From: Vicugna vicugna
Taxonomy: Eukaryota
Assembly (NCBI GenBank): GCA_013265495.1
Contig: MU060988.1
Coordinates: 668,409-732,408 of the forward strand
Direction: 5' to 3'
DNA length: 64,000 nt
Part shown: in pieces, positions 1-11,129 of the stretch
Position numbering within the stretch: position 1 is the first letter of the stretch
How the letters are laid out: each line of letters begins with the position of its first letter
Translations under genes and position numbers: made by a program
Notes under the pieces: model-generated
The model's database searches: none
Told to the model about the DNA's origin: nothing
The model's input: the letters and a program-made list of their open reading frames with translations, nothing else

Positions 1-82
1 GATCTCGTTTACCTTCACTTATCGGGGAATTATGGCTTCAACATATGGATTTGGGGGGGTCACAGACATTCAGCCCACAACA
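1..82 (-). mobile_element. MLT1 (MaLR) LTR 5' terminus, cut by window edge
   Basis: The reverse complement begins TGTTGTGGGCTGAATGTCTGTGACCCCCCCAAATCCATATGTTGAAGCC, resembling the recalled MLT1A/B start. Subfamily not verified. Confidence 0.6.
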
Positions 83-492
83 TACACGAGCCAAGAACCG
101 GGGATGGACCTAGGAGCAGAGGTCCTGGCTTCCCCACTTGGCCAGGACCCAGCACGTAGCCAGGGCTCCTCAAACAGTGCAGAACGTGACAAAGAGAAGC
201 AGGCAGGACGCTGGGTCCCGGCTCACTGTGCTTCTCTGTCAACAACGCCCCTCCCAGGAGGTGCCCCGCTGCCAGCTTTGCACCGTGGGCCAGTGGCCCC
301 GTGGGTCCTGCCCCGGCCACGCCCTCAGTCATGCTGAGAGGAGGCTGGCGAGAGGATGGGGCCTTCGGAGCTGCCCCACCCCCACACGGCTGCAGGGAGG
401 AAACCCCCCGGGGCTGCAGAGTGGGGATCACCGGGCGCTGCTCCCGCCCTGCTCTGCTCTGACTGCTGGCCAGGGACGCGCTGCAGCCTTAC

Positions 493-591
493 CAGGTGGT
501 CGCAGGCCGGCTGGAACGCGTTGGTCCCGCACACGTAAAGGGCGCCGGCACTCAGCGGCTGCAGCACGCGGATGTAGTTCAGGCATTCCGT
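493..591 (-). CDS. SEMA4D: Semaphorin-4D coding exon 4 (TECLNYIRVLQPLSAGALYVCGTNAFQPACDHL)
   Basis: 99 nt, phase 0/0. Acceptor ccgcccttgtAG at 593-592, donor GTAAGG at 492. Contains the class-4 sema motif LYVCGTNAFQP-C (Cys108, 126, 135). Confidence 0.97.
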
Positions 592-2144
592 CTACAAGGG
601 CGGGAAGCGCACGGGTCAACCAGATGTCCTCTCAGCCCACCGGCGACGGGCCCCCGCCGGTGTGTTCACTGCTGCGTGTCCTCACACACCGGCCTGGCCC
701 AGCCCTGCCCAGCATGGGGGAGCAGACTCACTGAGACCCGGCCCCACCCCTGGACAAACCTCCGTCTGCAGCAGGCTGAGGGCTTCTGTCTCCGCAGCGC
801 CCACAGGCCGCTGTCACGTGCCAAGTGGATTTCACTTCAGGCACTAATTTGCACTCAGCAAAGATGTGCCGGCCAAAACAGCCATGGAAGCTGACCTCGA
901 ACCTCGCTGGACACCCACCATGGGAGAAGCCATGTTCGCTCCCTGAGCACACGCGCACCGGGCTGGCAGGCCCACAGGGAAGTGCGCTGTGCGGAATTCC
1001 CTCCGCCTTCCCCTGCTCTGGGGGGCCCAGCCTCCACACCCCAGTGCGTGCAACTGGAAACAGTGCTTGTCAGGAGAGGGGTGTGTCTCACCCGCCCAGC
1101 TCCGGGCCGAGGCTGGACTAATGAGGGGTCCGCCTCAGAACGCCGCCGAGGAACCCGCTATTTCAGGCTGAAATGTCCTTGGATTATACGTGCCAGTATC
1201 TGAAATTATCCCTGCTCAGAAAAGTGTTTTTGTCTTTGTTTGTTTTCTTTGTGCCACGATTGTTCTTTAAACTGGCTTTAAACTCATCCTCCCCAAAAGG
1301 AACTGGGAGGGGCCCTGACCGCCACACGGTCGCCCTAATTCAGCTCCAGGGCCACTCCCTGCAGCGCCCAATGCTACACTGCAAGGCCTGCATGTTCCCT
1401 CGTTTCTCACACTAACTTGAATTTAGTGACTTTAAGTGAAAGTGTTGAGCATTTTGCTGAAAATAATTTAGCCAAAATTCTCTTACTTTTGGTTTTTAAA
1501 AAAACAATTTAACTGTTTTGAAATTAACTGGTAACTACTGCGATTTACAACTCAGTTGTCTACACCAACTGCCAAGACAGGGTCTTAAATTCTAAGACTC
1601 CAACACTGGCCCAGCACCAGTTAGACGCAGGGAGGCCCAGTGGGTGAGGGGGTAACCCGAGCTCGGGACGGAGACAGACCCTCAGCCCAGGGCTCCCAGA
1701 CGGGCACCTGCTTCAGGTGCCCCGCATCTCCTGGAGAAGGAGCAGACTCTCAAGGGAGAGGTGCTGCCCCAAATCCAGGACCCCTGCACCCCCCGCCAGG
1801 CTGCTGGGGTGCAGCGGCGGCACGAACCCTGCACGTCACACCTTCAGCCAACAGGCACCAGGCACTGCTTTCTGTAGTCAAAGTTTTAGGCCCCCTGAAT
1901 AAATTCAGTTCAGATAACCTTTTAAGTAATTTGCAAAAGCTGTGTTTGGCACCTGCTTTGAGAGCCCCAAGCTCACCAGCTGGGCACAGAGGGGTCACCT
2001 GCAGGGGGAGTCGGGAGGACGTGACTGCTAGAATTCTGAGGGCTGGGCCACCGCCTGGGCGGTGCTGGGCAAGCCGGGGCACGCGGGAGCGCAAAGCAAC
2101 TAAGAAACGCCTGGGTGGCCTTTGAAGTCGGCCGACGAAGTTAC

Positions 2145-2207
2145 CTGTTTTGACTTCCCCTTCTCCGCGCATTTGGCTTTTTTATCTTCTGAGACCTTCC
2201 AGTAGGC
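2145..2207 (-). CDS. SEMA4D: Semaphorin-4D coding exon 3 (AYWKVSEDKKAKCAEKGKSKQ)
   Basis: 63 nt. Acceptor ttcctcctcacAG at 2209-2208, donor GTAACT at 2144. In frame with both neighbours; contains Cys97 and Lys100-Gly101. Confidence 0.97.
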
Positions 2208-3429
2208 CTGTGAGGAGGAATGAGGGTCCATTTTAGTGCACGTTCCCCCTTTCAAAGGAGATGCTGGCATGAAAAACGTACAGTTCACAAAGCGCACGGC
2301 GGCGTCTAGAGCACAACTATTTCCCGAGACGGTAACATCCGAGGCGGCAAAGCGAGGCTCGGAGAGCAGGCACCGGGGCCCGTGAGCAACCGGGGTCCCG
2401 GGAAAGTTCTAGCCATGAGCCTCCCCCGCAGCCGGGGACCGGGAAGGCTGCTCCCGGATGACCGTGATTCACAACAAAGCAACTGCAAAAACTAAACGTG
2501 TGCAAGTGGGGAGGACTGAATTATTTATCAAAAAGCTGAACCACCGGCATTCTCAAGACCAGAGTGGGTTTCTTCATCCCTTCCGAAGTGACTCTGGAGT
2601 CCAGTAAAAAGTCTTTGCCGTTTACTTGAACCATCAGTGAAACGGCAGGATGATGAGTCTCTAAATGTTATGTGACGGCAGCAGGGGAAGGCAACGGAGC
2701 AGCGCGCGGGTGGAGCACCTTCCGCAGACGCGGGAAGCTCTGGGCTCCTGCTCCGTCTGCACCAGGTCTATGAGGCTGGCAGCGCCTCGGCCCCTCGCCC
2801 TCCAGGGGATGGGGAGCGACAGCCTGCGTCACCGAAGGCTCCCGCACTCCTGCTCCCCCTCCCCGAGACCCCCCACCTGCCTGTGTGATATTCCAGGACT
2901 GATGCCAAATTATAATCTATTTCCCGCCTTGAGAACCAAAGCCGGCCGTCGGGCGCTCAGAGGTCAGGAGGCACACATAGCGTCTCCACGGCAGTGGAGT
3001 GAGTCCCTCAGCAGTGTTGCCAGAGGACTGGGAGTCCCAACCAGGCCCCACGAAAGCAGAACAAAGCCCCATTTCAAACAGCAGCCGCCTTTAGAAACCA
3101 AAATGCGGGGAGTTTAACCATCATCTACGCACAACGCCTGAGGACATGGGAACGGAGCTCTGACGGGCCCCTGATCACATTCCTGGGGTGGCCCTGAGGC
3201 GCGGCTGTGGCCCTTTCACCTTTTCTCTTCGTCTACGTCTACGGGGCCCAAGGCCTCTCGGTCACCCCAAGGGGCCGCAGTGGCCGAGCACCCGCGGGCC
3301 GGCGTGTGTGCGCAGTGGAACCGCGGTTCTCCCAGGATGACACCCTGGAGGGCGGCATCGGCCCCTGTCATGGGGAAAGGGGTGTGAAGGACAGGGGGTG
3401 GGGCTGAGTTCCAGGAGGCAGGCCCGGGC

Positions 3430-4290
3430 TCCCTCTGCTCTGAGCGTAGGGCGTAGAGTCAGGAGACAAAACCAAACCAAAAAACTAAGGCGTCTGGGGC
3501 AGAAAATGCACAAGATGAGTGTGGACCGGCTCGACTCCAGAGAGCAACAAAACCACACCAGCCGCTGGGGTCGCGTCTAAGGACTCGGGAGCCATGGAGA
3601 GGCCGTCAGAGGCCAGGAGGGGACAATCCGGGCATTGAGAACGGCTCGGGGCACTTCCAACATGTTTAAATCCATGAGTCATGGTCGTGCTGAAAAAAAA
3701 TCCATCAAAACACTCTCTCCCTTTGGAGAGAATGAACTCATTATTTTGAAAACCTGTAAGTCGTGGCAAGGATTTCAAGCACTGGTCCTGCCATTCCCAG
3801 AGGAACCGGCGTCGGGAGGCGTAATCAGCTGCTGACAGACAACGTGCCAGCTCACAGGCGGGGAAGGGAAGGCAGAGTTGGAACGTCCCGTTTCGCAACC
3901 CTTAACGTGCGTGTGGCTCTGGGCTGTGACGGGCAGGGTCTGGCTGGAGGGTCCTGCCTCTCACAGGAGCCAGGCCGAGGCTGGGGGCCGGACAGGACTG
4001 CGAGGGGCTTTCCCAGCGAGTGGACCCAGGGCGGCTCCCAGAAACAGACCTCGACAGAGTGCCCGGCCACACCGACAGCCTGATTTCAACCCGATCAAAC
4101 AGGACAGGACAGCCAAACGTCAGTTACGAGAGAGTCCGTGAAACGGGAACCCTATCCGATGTTAATGTTTCGGACGTGATCATGATACTCTGGTGATTCT
4201 AAAGAGAAAAAAAAGGCGTCCTTTCCTATAGGGGATGCCCAGGGAAACATCTGCAGATGAAGAGTGTTTGGGATTTGCCTCACAGCCTCC
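3430..4290 (+). mobile_element. Ancient L1 (L1MC/L1MB-like) 3' UTR relic
   Basis: Segments such as CTCATTATTTTGAAAACCTGTAAG...AAGCACTGGTCCTGCC and TGTTAATGTTTCGGACGTGATCATGATAC...TTTGGGATTTGCCTC resemble recalled old L1 3' UTR consensus. Boundaries approximate. Confidence 0.5.
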
Positions 4291-4697
4291 TGGGGGGGCG
4301 CAGAGGAGGGGGACACGGGAGGGAGGACGGGGGTGAACCCCTGGCCTGCAGGAGCCTCGATGGTACAGGGTTCATCACATCACTCCCTCCGCTCCCACGT
4401 ATGCCTCAGATTTTTCTGTAATAAACAGTTCAAAAATCCAAGATAAAAAGAGGGCGACCCCAGGTGAGCTGCCGGCCCGGGGAGGACAGAGGCTCCCGGG
4501 GATACCCCACGTTGGGGCTTCGTGGACACAGGGTGGGAAGGAAGTTTCGGGAGGAGAGGACCCTTGGTCCTGGTAGGCGGGCAGGCTGCTCAGCAGGTGT
4601 GCGGGACGTCTGTGGGGCCGGCCTTGGGGGTGAGCAGGCCGCACGCCAAGCAAGGGTCTGACACCCTGGGCACAGCCCAGCGGAGCCCACGTCATAC

Positions 4698-4843
4698 CTC
4701 GTGCAGCTTCTTGGAGATGTTGTGCGCGTTCAAGGCAAACACGGCTTCCCGGGCGCCCACGTACAAGGTGTCCTTGTCTTCGCTCAGCAGCAAGGCCGAG
4801 TAGTTGAAGATGCCCGGCTCGTGAAACTGCACCAGCGGCACCT
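4698..4843 (-). CDS. SEMA4D: Semaphorin-4D coding exon 2 (EVPLVQFHEPGIFNYSALLLSEDKDTLYVGAREAVFALNAHNISKKLHE)
   Basis: 146 nt, phase 1/0. Branch point CCCTGAC (A at 4864), AG at 4845-4844, donor GTATGA at 4697. Sema N-terminal motif LLL-ED-D-LY-GAREA-FAL; sequons N49 (NYS) and N77 (NIS). Confidence 0.97.
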
Positions 4844-5519
4844 CTGGGGGGGGGAGGGGCAGGTCAGGGGGAAGGAGAGAACATTCTGGGTGTTTCTGAG
4901 CCTGGACACACCCTGAGCGCCCGGGCTCCTTCCACTGCGCCGTCACGGCCGGGCCGTGCAGGGGTCTGCTGCCCCGGTGGCCGGAACTCAGGCACCTTCA
5001 GGTGGAGCCGACCCCCCGGGCGGCCACCAGGTGTGAGGCCCAGACCCTGCACTGTGGCCTCTCAGGAGCGCACCCTTCGAGGGACACGACCTCCTGGCAG
5101 TGTGACCTCCTCGGGGAGCAGCCTCCCAGCAGCACGACCTCTTCGCGGTGTGACCTGCGACCTCCCAGGAGACTGCAGACCAGCCCCACGCTGCCGGCCA
5201 CCGGGCTTCCCTCCGCCTCCCACCAACCCCCTCCGTATGTGTGTTTGACCATCCACAAAGAACATAACTGCTTAGGACTTTCTTATTCAGAAAAAACCAT
5301 CTACCTCAACACCTTTAAAATAATCTATTTCAGTGGTTGTGTCTTTCAACCCAACCATTTTTTCAAGGACAAACACCCCAAACTTTCAAAACAGAGAAAC
5401 CAGTGACTTTTCCGCTTAGCAGCTGATTGCATCAAGAGCTGTTTAGGAAAATGAGCGATTTAGGGGTCAGCGATTTAGGAGTAACGCAAACACATCAACA
5501 TTATTGCTATCATTACTGG

Positions 5520-5636
5520 TTTTTGCGGGGGAGGTAGTCAGGTTTATTTATTTATTTTCAGGGGAGGTACTGGGGGCTGAACCCACAACTTCGTGCAAAC
5601 TAAGCACACGCTCCACCACGTGAGCTACACCCTCCT
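5520..5636 (-). mobile_element. tRNA-Ala-derived SINE (camelid Vic-1 type), diverged
   Basis: Reverse complement GGAGGGTGTAGCTCACGTGGTGGAGCGTGTGCTTAGTTTGCACGAAGTTGTGGGTTCAGCCCCCAGTACCTCCCC, then the tail AAATAAATAAATAAACCTGACTACCTCCCCC. Same layout as the copies at 47592 and 52137. Confidence 0.85.
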
Positions 5637-6277
5637 CCTCGCCGACACTATTTCTTTAGAAGATGTCTCTTCTTTTTGACCATCCCAGCGTCAGCTCTGA
5701 ACGTGGCTTTCTGCATATCACCCAAGCTCTGACTTTACTTAAGGGGGAGGTGTCCCCGCTCCCCGCTCTCCTCAATGTCCAGTGTTGGCGAGAGACGCTC
5801 GCAGGACAAAGGTACCACCGGGGCTCTGCGCGGGGCAGCTCAGCCCTGCAAGGCCCCGGACCAGGACCAGGAGCGGAGCCCTCAGTCCACTGAGCCTGAA
5901 AGTCCGGGGCCCCAAGACACAGCTCCCAAGAGAGGAAATAAATAAAACGGAAACTAATAAACGGCAAACGAAGACCGCTAGTCTGAAGCTCAACTACACG
6001 CAATTCAATGTCCTCGAAGCACGGTCTGCGTCTGGGCGGCGGGCACCAGACATCAGGCACGAGGACGCTCAGCTTCCTCCCGGGGCCCCCGACTTAAAAC
6101 CCAAAGCAGCAGGCGGTGCCCCAGCCCCGCGAGGGGCCGCGGCTATCCGGGCATCTCCCAGGAGCGCGGCGCAGACCCGGCAGAGCCAGCGGCTCCCACG
6201 CATCTTGCATCTCGACATCTGAGTGGGGGCCACTCCCTTCAGATGCCGCAGCGCCGCCAGCAGGGCTCTGCCCTCAC

Positions 6278-6383
6278 CTTGGTGCTCCCAGGTGATCCGA
6301 GGTACGGGAGCAAACGCCACCGCTGTCCCAAACACCACGGCAAGGGCGGTGAGCAGCCCCCCGGCGGGGACGCACATCCTCAT
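6278..6383 (-). CDS. SEMA4D: Semaphorin-4D first coding exon (MRMCVPAGGLLTALAVVFGTAVAFAPVPRITWEHQ-)
   Basis: ATG at 6383-6381; hydrophobic signal peptide followed by the SEMA4D motif FAP-PRITWEH. 106 nt (35 codons + 1), donor AG|GTGAGG at 6277. G+AG joins the next exon in frame. Confidence 0.97.
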
Positions 6384-6637
6384 CGGCTGGGCCGCAGCGG
6401 GGATTTCGGCAGCAAACGCCCGTGGGTGGCAGCGCCTGGTGGTGGGTGTCCGGCTGGGTGCTGCTCAGAGCCCCGGGGCCACGGCCTGCAGCACAGCCGG
6501 GAGCTGGGGGGCGGCGCCAGCCCCGAGGACCCGCATTTCTCGGAGCTCTGGGAGAGGGCGGGCTGCTCTCAGCGCCGCCAGGGTCAAGGGCCGCCCGGCG
6601 CTCTCAGTGTGCTGCTTTACGGCCTTCCGAAGAAATT
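6384..6637 (-). other. SEMA4D: 5' UTR portion of the SEMA4D start-codon exon
   Basis: Strong acceptor ccttccttctcactttcttccAG at 6639-6638 implies a 360-nt exon (6278-6637) and upstream non-coding exons, as known for SEMA4D orthologues. Confidence 0.75.
6465..6536 (-). promoter_or_regulatory. Upstream ORF (23 aa, MRVLGAGAAPQLPAVLQAVAPGL*) in the SEMA4D 5' UTR
   Basis: ATG at 6536-6534 (context GAAATGC, G at -3), TGA at 6467-6465, 81 nt before the main ATG. The ORF is directly visible; translation is unproven. Confidence 0.5.
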
Positions 6638-7082
6638 CTGGAAGAAAGTGAGAAGGAAGGATGTGTGGTAATAGCGCCTGCTTTCCGTTTGCCCAACATC
6701 CCCCACGGCTCTGCTCTCCCCACACCCCCAGCCACAGGCTCTGTCTGCTGAGGAGCAGAGCGATGGGGACACGGGGCCCCGGGGGACAGCCCCACATGGA
6801 CACAGGCGGAGTTACAGGAGTCGGGGCTTCCCGCTCCTCAGGTCAGCCCGGGATGCAGGACAGACATGGGGACCCAGGCCAGGGGGACAAGCGCCGGCCT
6901 GGCTGCCCAGCTTCCTCCCCGTGCGGCCGCCGTGTCCAGCTGGTAATGCGACGGGAAGGAAGGGAATGGAACCCGGGTTTCAGTTTCCCTCAGAGACTCC
7001 GGCTTCCCAATTCCTGTGATCCTCATCGAGGGCGACAGTCAGAGCTAAAGACCGGAGGAGGGCACAGAGGCCGAAGCCTACG

Positions 7083-7155
7083 GGTACACACGCACACGCT
7101 CGCCTGCGCAAGCACACGCCTATGCACGCATACAGATACACACACACGCACACGT
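7083..7155 (+). repeat. Degenerate CA-rich low-complexity tract
   Basis: GGTACACACGCACACGCTCG...ACAGATACACACACACGCACACGTGT read directly. Confidence 0.7.
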
Positions 7156-7753
7156 GTCCTGGTCATGCAAGAGTAGCTGACCTCCCGCAGGGGACAGGGC
7201 CACCCCCGATGGCCTCGCCCCTCCCGCCTCACCCTAAGTGTGCACCCATGGGGACAGTGGTCATGGGCTCTGCTTTGTCACTGAGAAACACTCGATGGAA
7301 AAAACAGCCCTGTGCTGAATATAGCAACTGTGGGGCTGGGGGTCCGCAGGTCTCCGGGCCCCCACACTCTGCCCTCCAGTCCTGGCCTCCCGCTTGCTCA
7401 GCCCCAGGCACCCTCTGCGAGGGTCCCGGTGGGGGGCCACAGGAGAGCCCCGCTCCAGATCAGGGAATCAGGGCAACTGAGCACTGGGATTTGCCCCAGA
7501 CCTGAGGCCCCACCAGGATCCCAGTGACACTCTGAGATGGACTGGTTCCCAACTTCTCAGGAGGGAGCTGAAGCCACAACGCGGCCTAAGCACAGGCAGG
7601 ACCCTTGCTGACCACACCTGGGGGTACAATTAAGTGACGGCAGAAGCCCCCACGCTCTGCAGACGTGCTGCCCCGGGAGGCCCCGTGCGGCGTCCGTGGG
7701 CACGCAACCCCTTCACATCGAGTGCCCTCTTGCAGTACGGCGGAGCAGCTGCC

Positions 7754-7754
<1 letters not shown>

Positions 7755-7795
<41 letters not shown>

Positions 7796-7801
7796 CCCCC
7801 C
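7755..7801 (+). repeat. Poly-C homopolymer (C40-G-C6); G-tract on the sense strand
   Basis: 40 consecutive C at 7755-7794, G at 7795, C6 at 7796-7801. Confidence 0.9.
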
Positions 7802-9369
7802 ATCCTCCTCTTCCCTCCACCCCCCGCAAGCCAACCCACCTCCAGGTCTATCTGTCCAACTGACACCCCCGGGACCCTCCCTCCCGGAACCTTCCCCTTG
7901 CGCCCGCCATCACCGTCAGCATCCCTACCACCATCTGTCAGGACGTGTGAGGGGCAGCCAGCTGCCTCACTTCCTCTCCTGGCTCAGCCTCTCCCCGCGC
8001 CCCCCAGCCTGCCACAGGCCAGCATTTGTCCAGCCACCTGCCCTGCTGCTCCCTGACACCTCGGGCCAAACCTAACCTCCCAAGAGGGTTTGGGGAGAAA
8101 TTTCGGCTTCCTATTCACCTGGTTCGGTCACTGCCTCCAGGAAGCTCTCCCGGCTCCTTCCTCATTACGCCCAGGGACGTTGCTGCTCACGTCCCCTGGT
8201 GTCCCTGTCTTGACCCCAAAACCCATCAGAGAAGAGAGCACGGCGTGCCCTTGGCGGAGCTCTGGGAGGTCCTCTTATTTGCATGGGGCACTACACCTCC
8301 TGCTCCATCTCATAAAGGAAGGGCTCAGGGAGGACTTGCCACTGGGGAGATGCCAGGCAAGGGCCAGACTCCAGGGAACAGGCCTCATTTGCCCGCCCAC
8401 CTTCCCTGCTCAGGCGCCAGGCACCAGCCAGGCCCCCCGTCCACCCAACATCTATTCTCCGTCCTGACTGGTCCCCTGAAGTCGGGGAGCACACGGAGTC
8501 CGTCTTTTTCTCCAGGGACTGGCACGTCCTGGACGGAGGCTGGCACTTCTTTTCCACAAAGGGCCAGATGGGCATTACTTTCAGCTTTTTGATTCTTAGA
8601 GCCTCTGTCCAGTGTGGTAGCTCGAGAGCAGCCACAGATGATGGGTGAATGGATGAGCGTGGCTGAGCGCCAACACAACTGTGTACAGGACAGGCGCCGG
8701 CTGCTGGCCAAGCCCCACACAGGGGGCCCACGGGGACAGCCAGCCCAGACACCCAGCGGCAAGGGCGTGACCCACGCTGAACGCAACACCAGATACAGCA
8801 GGAAGCTGAGGGGGCCAGGGGGGGAGGAGGGAGGGCTGCCTCACGGAGGGGCTGTCAGTGCTCACCCTCCGCGAGCCAGCTCCGGGGGCGCCCACTGTGT
8901 GGGTCACATGTCACCCTCGGCCCAGGCCCTGGGTGGGGACCCTGCTCTCCTGCCCTCAGTACGGAAGTGAGGTACAAGGAGGCTCTCGAAGCCCAGGCCA
9001 GGTGAGGTCTCATGCTGCCCAAACGTGCTCCCAGTGCGACCCGCTCAGTACACAACCCCACTGAGCGTCCAGCGAACACTAAACACTCTGCAGAAATCCC
9101 GCACGGCCCTGGGATGCGGAGGTCCTAGGGGAAGCTGTCTGTGTGGATGAGGCTGGGGTTCAAGGAGCACCGGATGCCCGCCTGGCTCACCGCCAGGTCT
9201 TGTCCACTCCGAGCGAGGCAACGCTCACCTCCCATCCTGATCTCTCCACAGCCTCCTACCCACCGACCCTGGTTCTGTTCAGCCTGCTGCCTGGAGCAGA
9301 GATTGCTCGCTTCATGTCCCAGCATCCACATCCCTGCATTCTCACTAACAGAATCTTAATTTTCCCTGG

Positions 9370-9770
9370 GGTGGCAGTGTGCCCAGCTGAGCATATCTCC
9401 CAGCTTCCCTGCTGGCAGCTCTGGCCAAAGAACTGTGAACAGCAGTTATTAGGTAGGACTTCCAGTAAAGCTCTCTAAAGGAGGCTGACTCAGCTGGTGT
9501 TCGTACTTTTTGGCTTCAGCCTTTCCTCTTTTTGCTGCCTGGAAACTGATGGCTGGAGCTCTGGCAGCCATCTTGTGACTATGAAGATGGGAGGCTCATT
9601 CTAAGAACAGCCAAGTGGAAATCCACAAGAACTTGGGGCCCGCACAACAAACTGGAGACTTTTCGCCTGGTTCCCTCTGCCTACCTCTAGACTTGAAAAT
9701 AAACTATTAATCCCTTTAAGTGACTGTTTCCTCAGATCATTGTTACCAGCAGCCAGACACAACCTCCCTA
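9370..9770 (+). mobile_element. Old MLT1 (MLT1I/J/K-like) MaLR LTR
   Basis: CTGGAGCTCTGGCAGCCATCTTGTGACTATGA, CTGCCTACCTCTAGACTT..AAAATAAAC and TTGTTACCAGCAGCC resemble recalled MLT1 internal and 3' motifs. Confidence 0.65.
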
Positions 9771-11129
9771 TAACACATTTACCAAACAGCAGCAGGAGCC
9801 AGAATAATGCTTCTCATGTAAATCAGAACATATCATTTCCCGACACGAGATGCTTCTCACTCATGTTAAACCCAAGTGTACGACCTCGGTCCACCCTTTA
9901 TCCAGCCTCTCCCGTTCCTGCACCTTCCTGCCCCAGCCATGCCTGGATATGTGGCGCTTGGCCCATCTGCAGGCGGTGTTCCCACCGCCTGTCAGAACCA
10001 TTCAGAGCATTTCCACATGCGTCTGTTCCAGAGACCACGCGTGCAAGTCCCACAGCCCCGGGGTTCCTGGAGGAGACTTTTTGTCCGTGTGACTGACTGG
10101 TGACTGGCAGTGCCTCCCCACAGCTTCTCTGCTCTGAGCTCCCAAACAAGCTAAGTTTCCTAGGAGCGCTCCACCTCAGGGCAGGGAGAAGACAGGTGGC
10201 TGCCAGGGCTAGGACAAGGGAGGGATGAACAGGCAGCGCGCAGAGGGTTTTTAACCGCTCTGGAGGGGACGCTGAAATGGGGAAGGGAAACTCCACGTAC
10301 TTTCTACTCAATCTCACTATGAATCTGAAACTGCTCTCAAATAGAAAGTTTATATTTTAAAACACACGCCAGCTCAGAGAGCTCCTTCCTGACCACAAAA
10401 GGAGCATGTGTGGAGCCCTGTGCAGATGTGCCCACGGCCCGGGATGCCCCCCACGACAAGAGCAAATTCCTGCTTAGGTCCCTGATAGAAGTCACCCCCC
10501 GGGACATCCCGTGACAGGCACCGCGGCCAGGCTTAGAACCCGGAGTGGGAGGGGGGAGACTCCCCCTTCTGGAACCTGACACCCGGAACACAGAGATTCA
10601 TCTCAACTCTCTCCTCAAACCCAGTAACATTCTGACACCCTAAAAGGACACACACTCATCGGATAAAAATGGGGCGAGGATAACAGCCCACGAGGATGTT
10701 AACAAACCCTGGGAACTAGAGAGAAGAGACAAGCACAAGCAGCGGTGTGCTGGGGCTCCCCGGGGGCAGGGCGCCCGCCTCGCAGTGTATGCCCCCCGCA
10801 GGGGTGTAAATGCTGCTCTCAAGCTCCCAACACGGCACCCCGGGACAGAGACAGGACGCAGCGCACAGAAGCACGCCGGTGTTCGGTACTTCCATCACGC
10901 GCAGACAACGGGCACGTGGCCTCCAGAGCAGGAAACGGTGAAGTGCACAGGGGGTGGTGGGTCTTGAGCACGTTTCCCTCCACCTCTATTTTTCATACAG
11001 GTCACCTAAGTCCCCATCATTTAGTTTCTGATCTCGGGCTGTGTTCACCGCCTGCCCCAGCACACCCCTGCTGGTAATGAACCGACTCTGTCCACCAAGC
11101 GGCTGGAGACGGGGAGCCTCAAGACACAC

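Noticed and set aside
7586-8075. ORFs with poly-Pro or poly-Gly runs
   Set aside because: They are translations of the C40 homopolymer; no splice or protein-family support.
9484-9494. GCTGACTCAGC Maf/AP-1 palindrome
   Set aside because: It lies inside an MLT1 LTR and is probably inherited from the repeat; no independent evidence of function.
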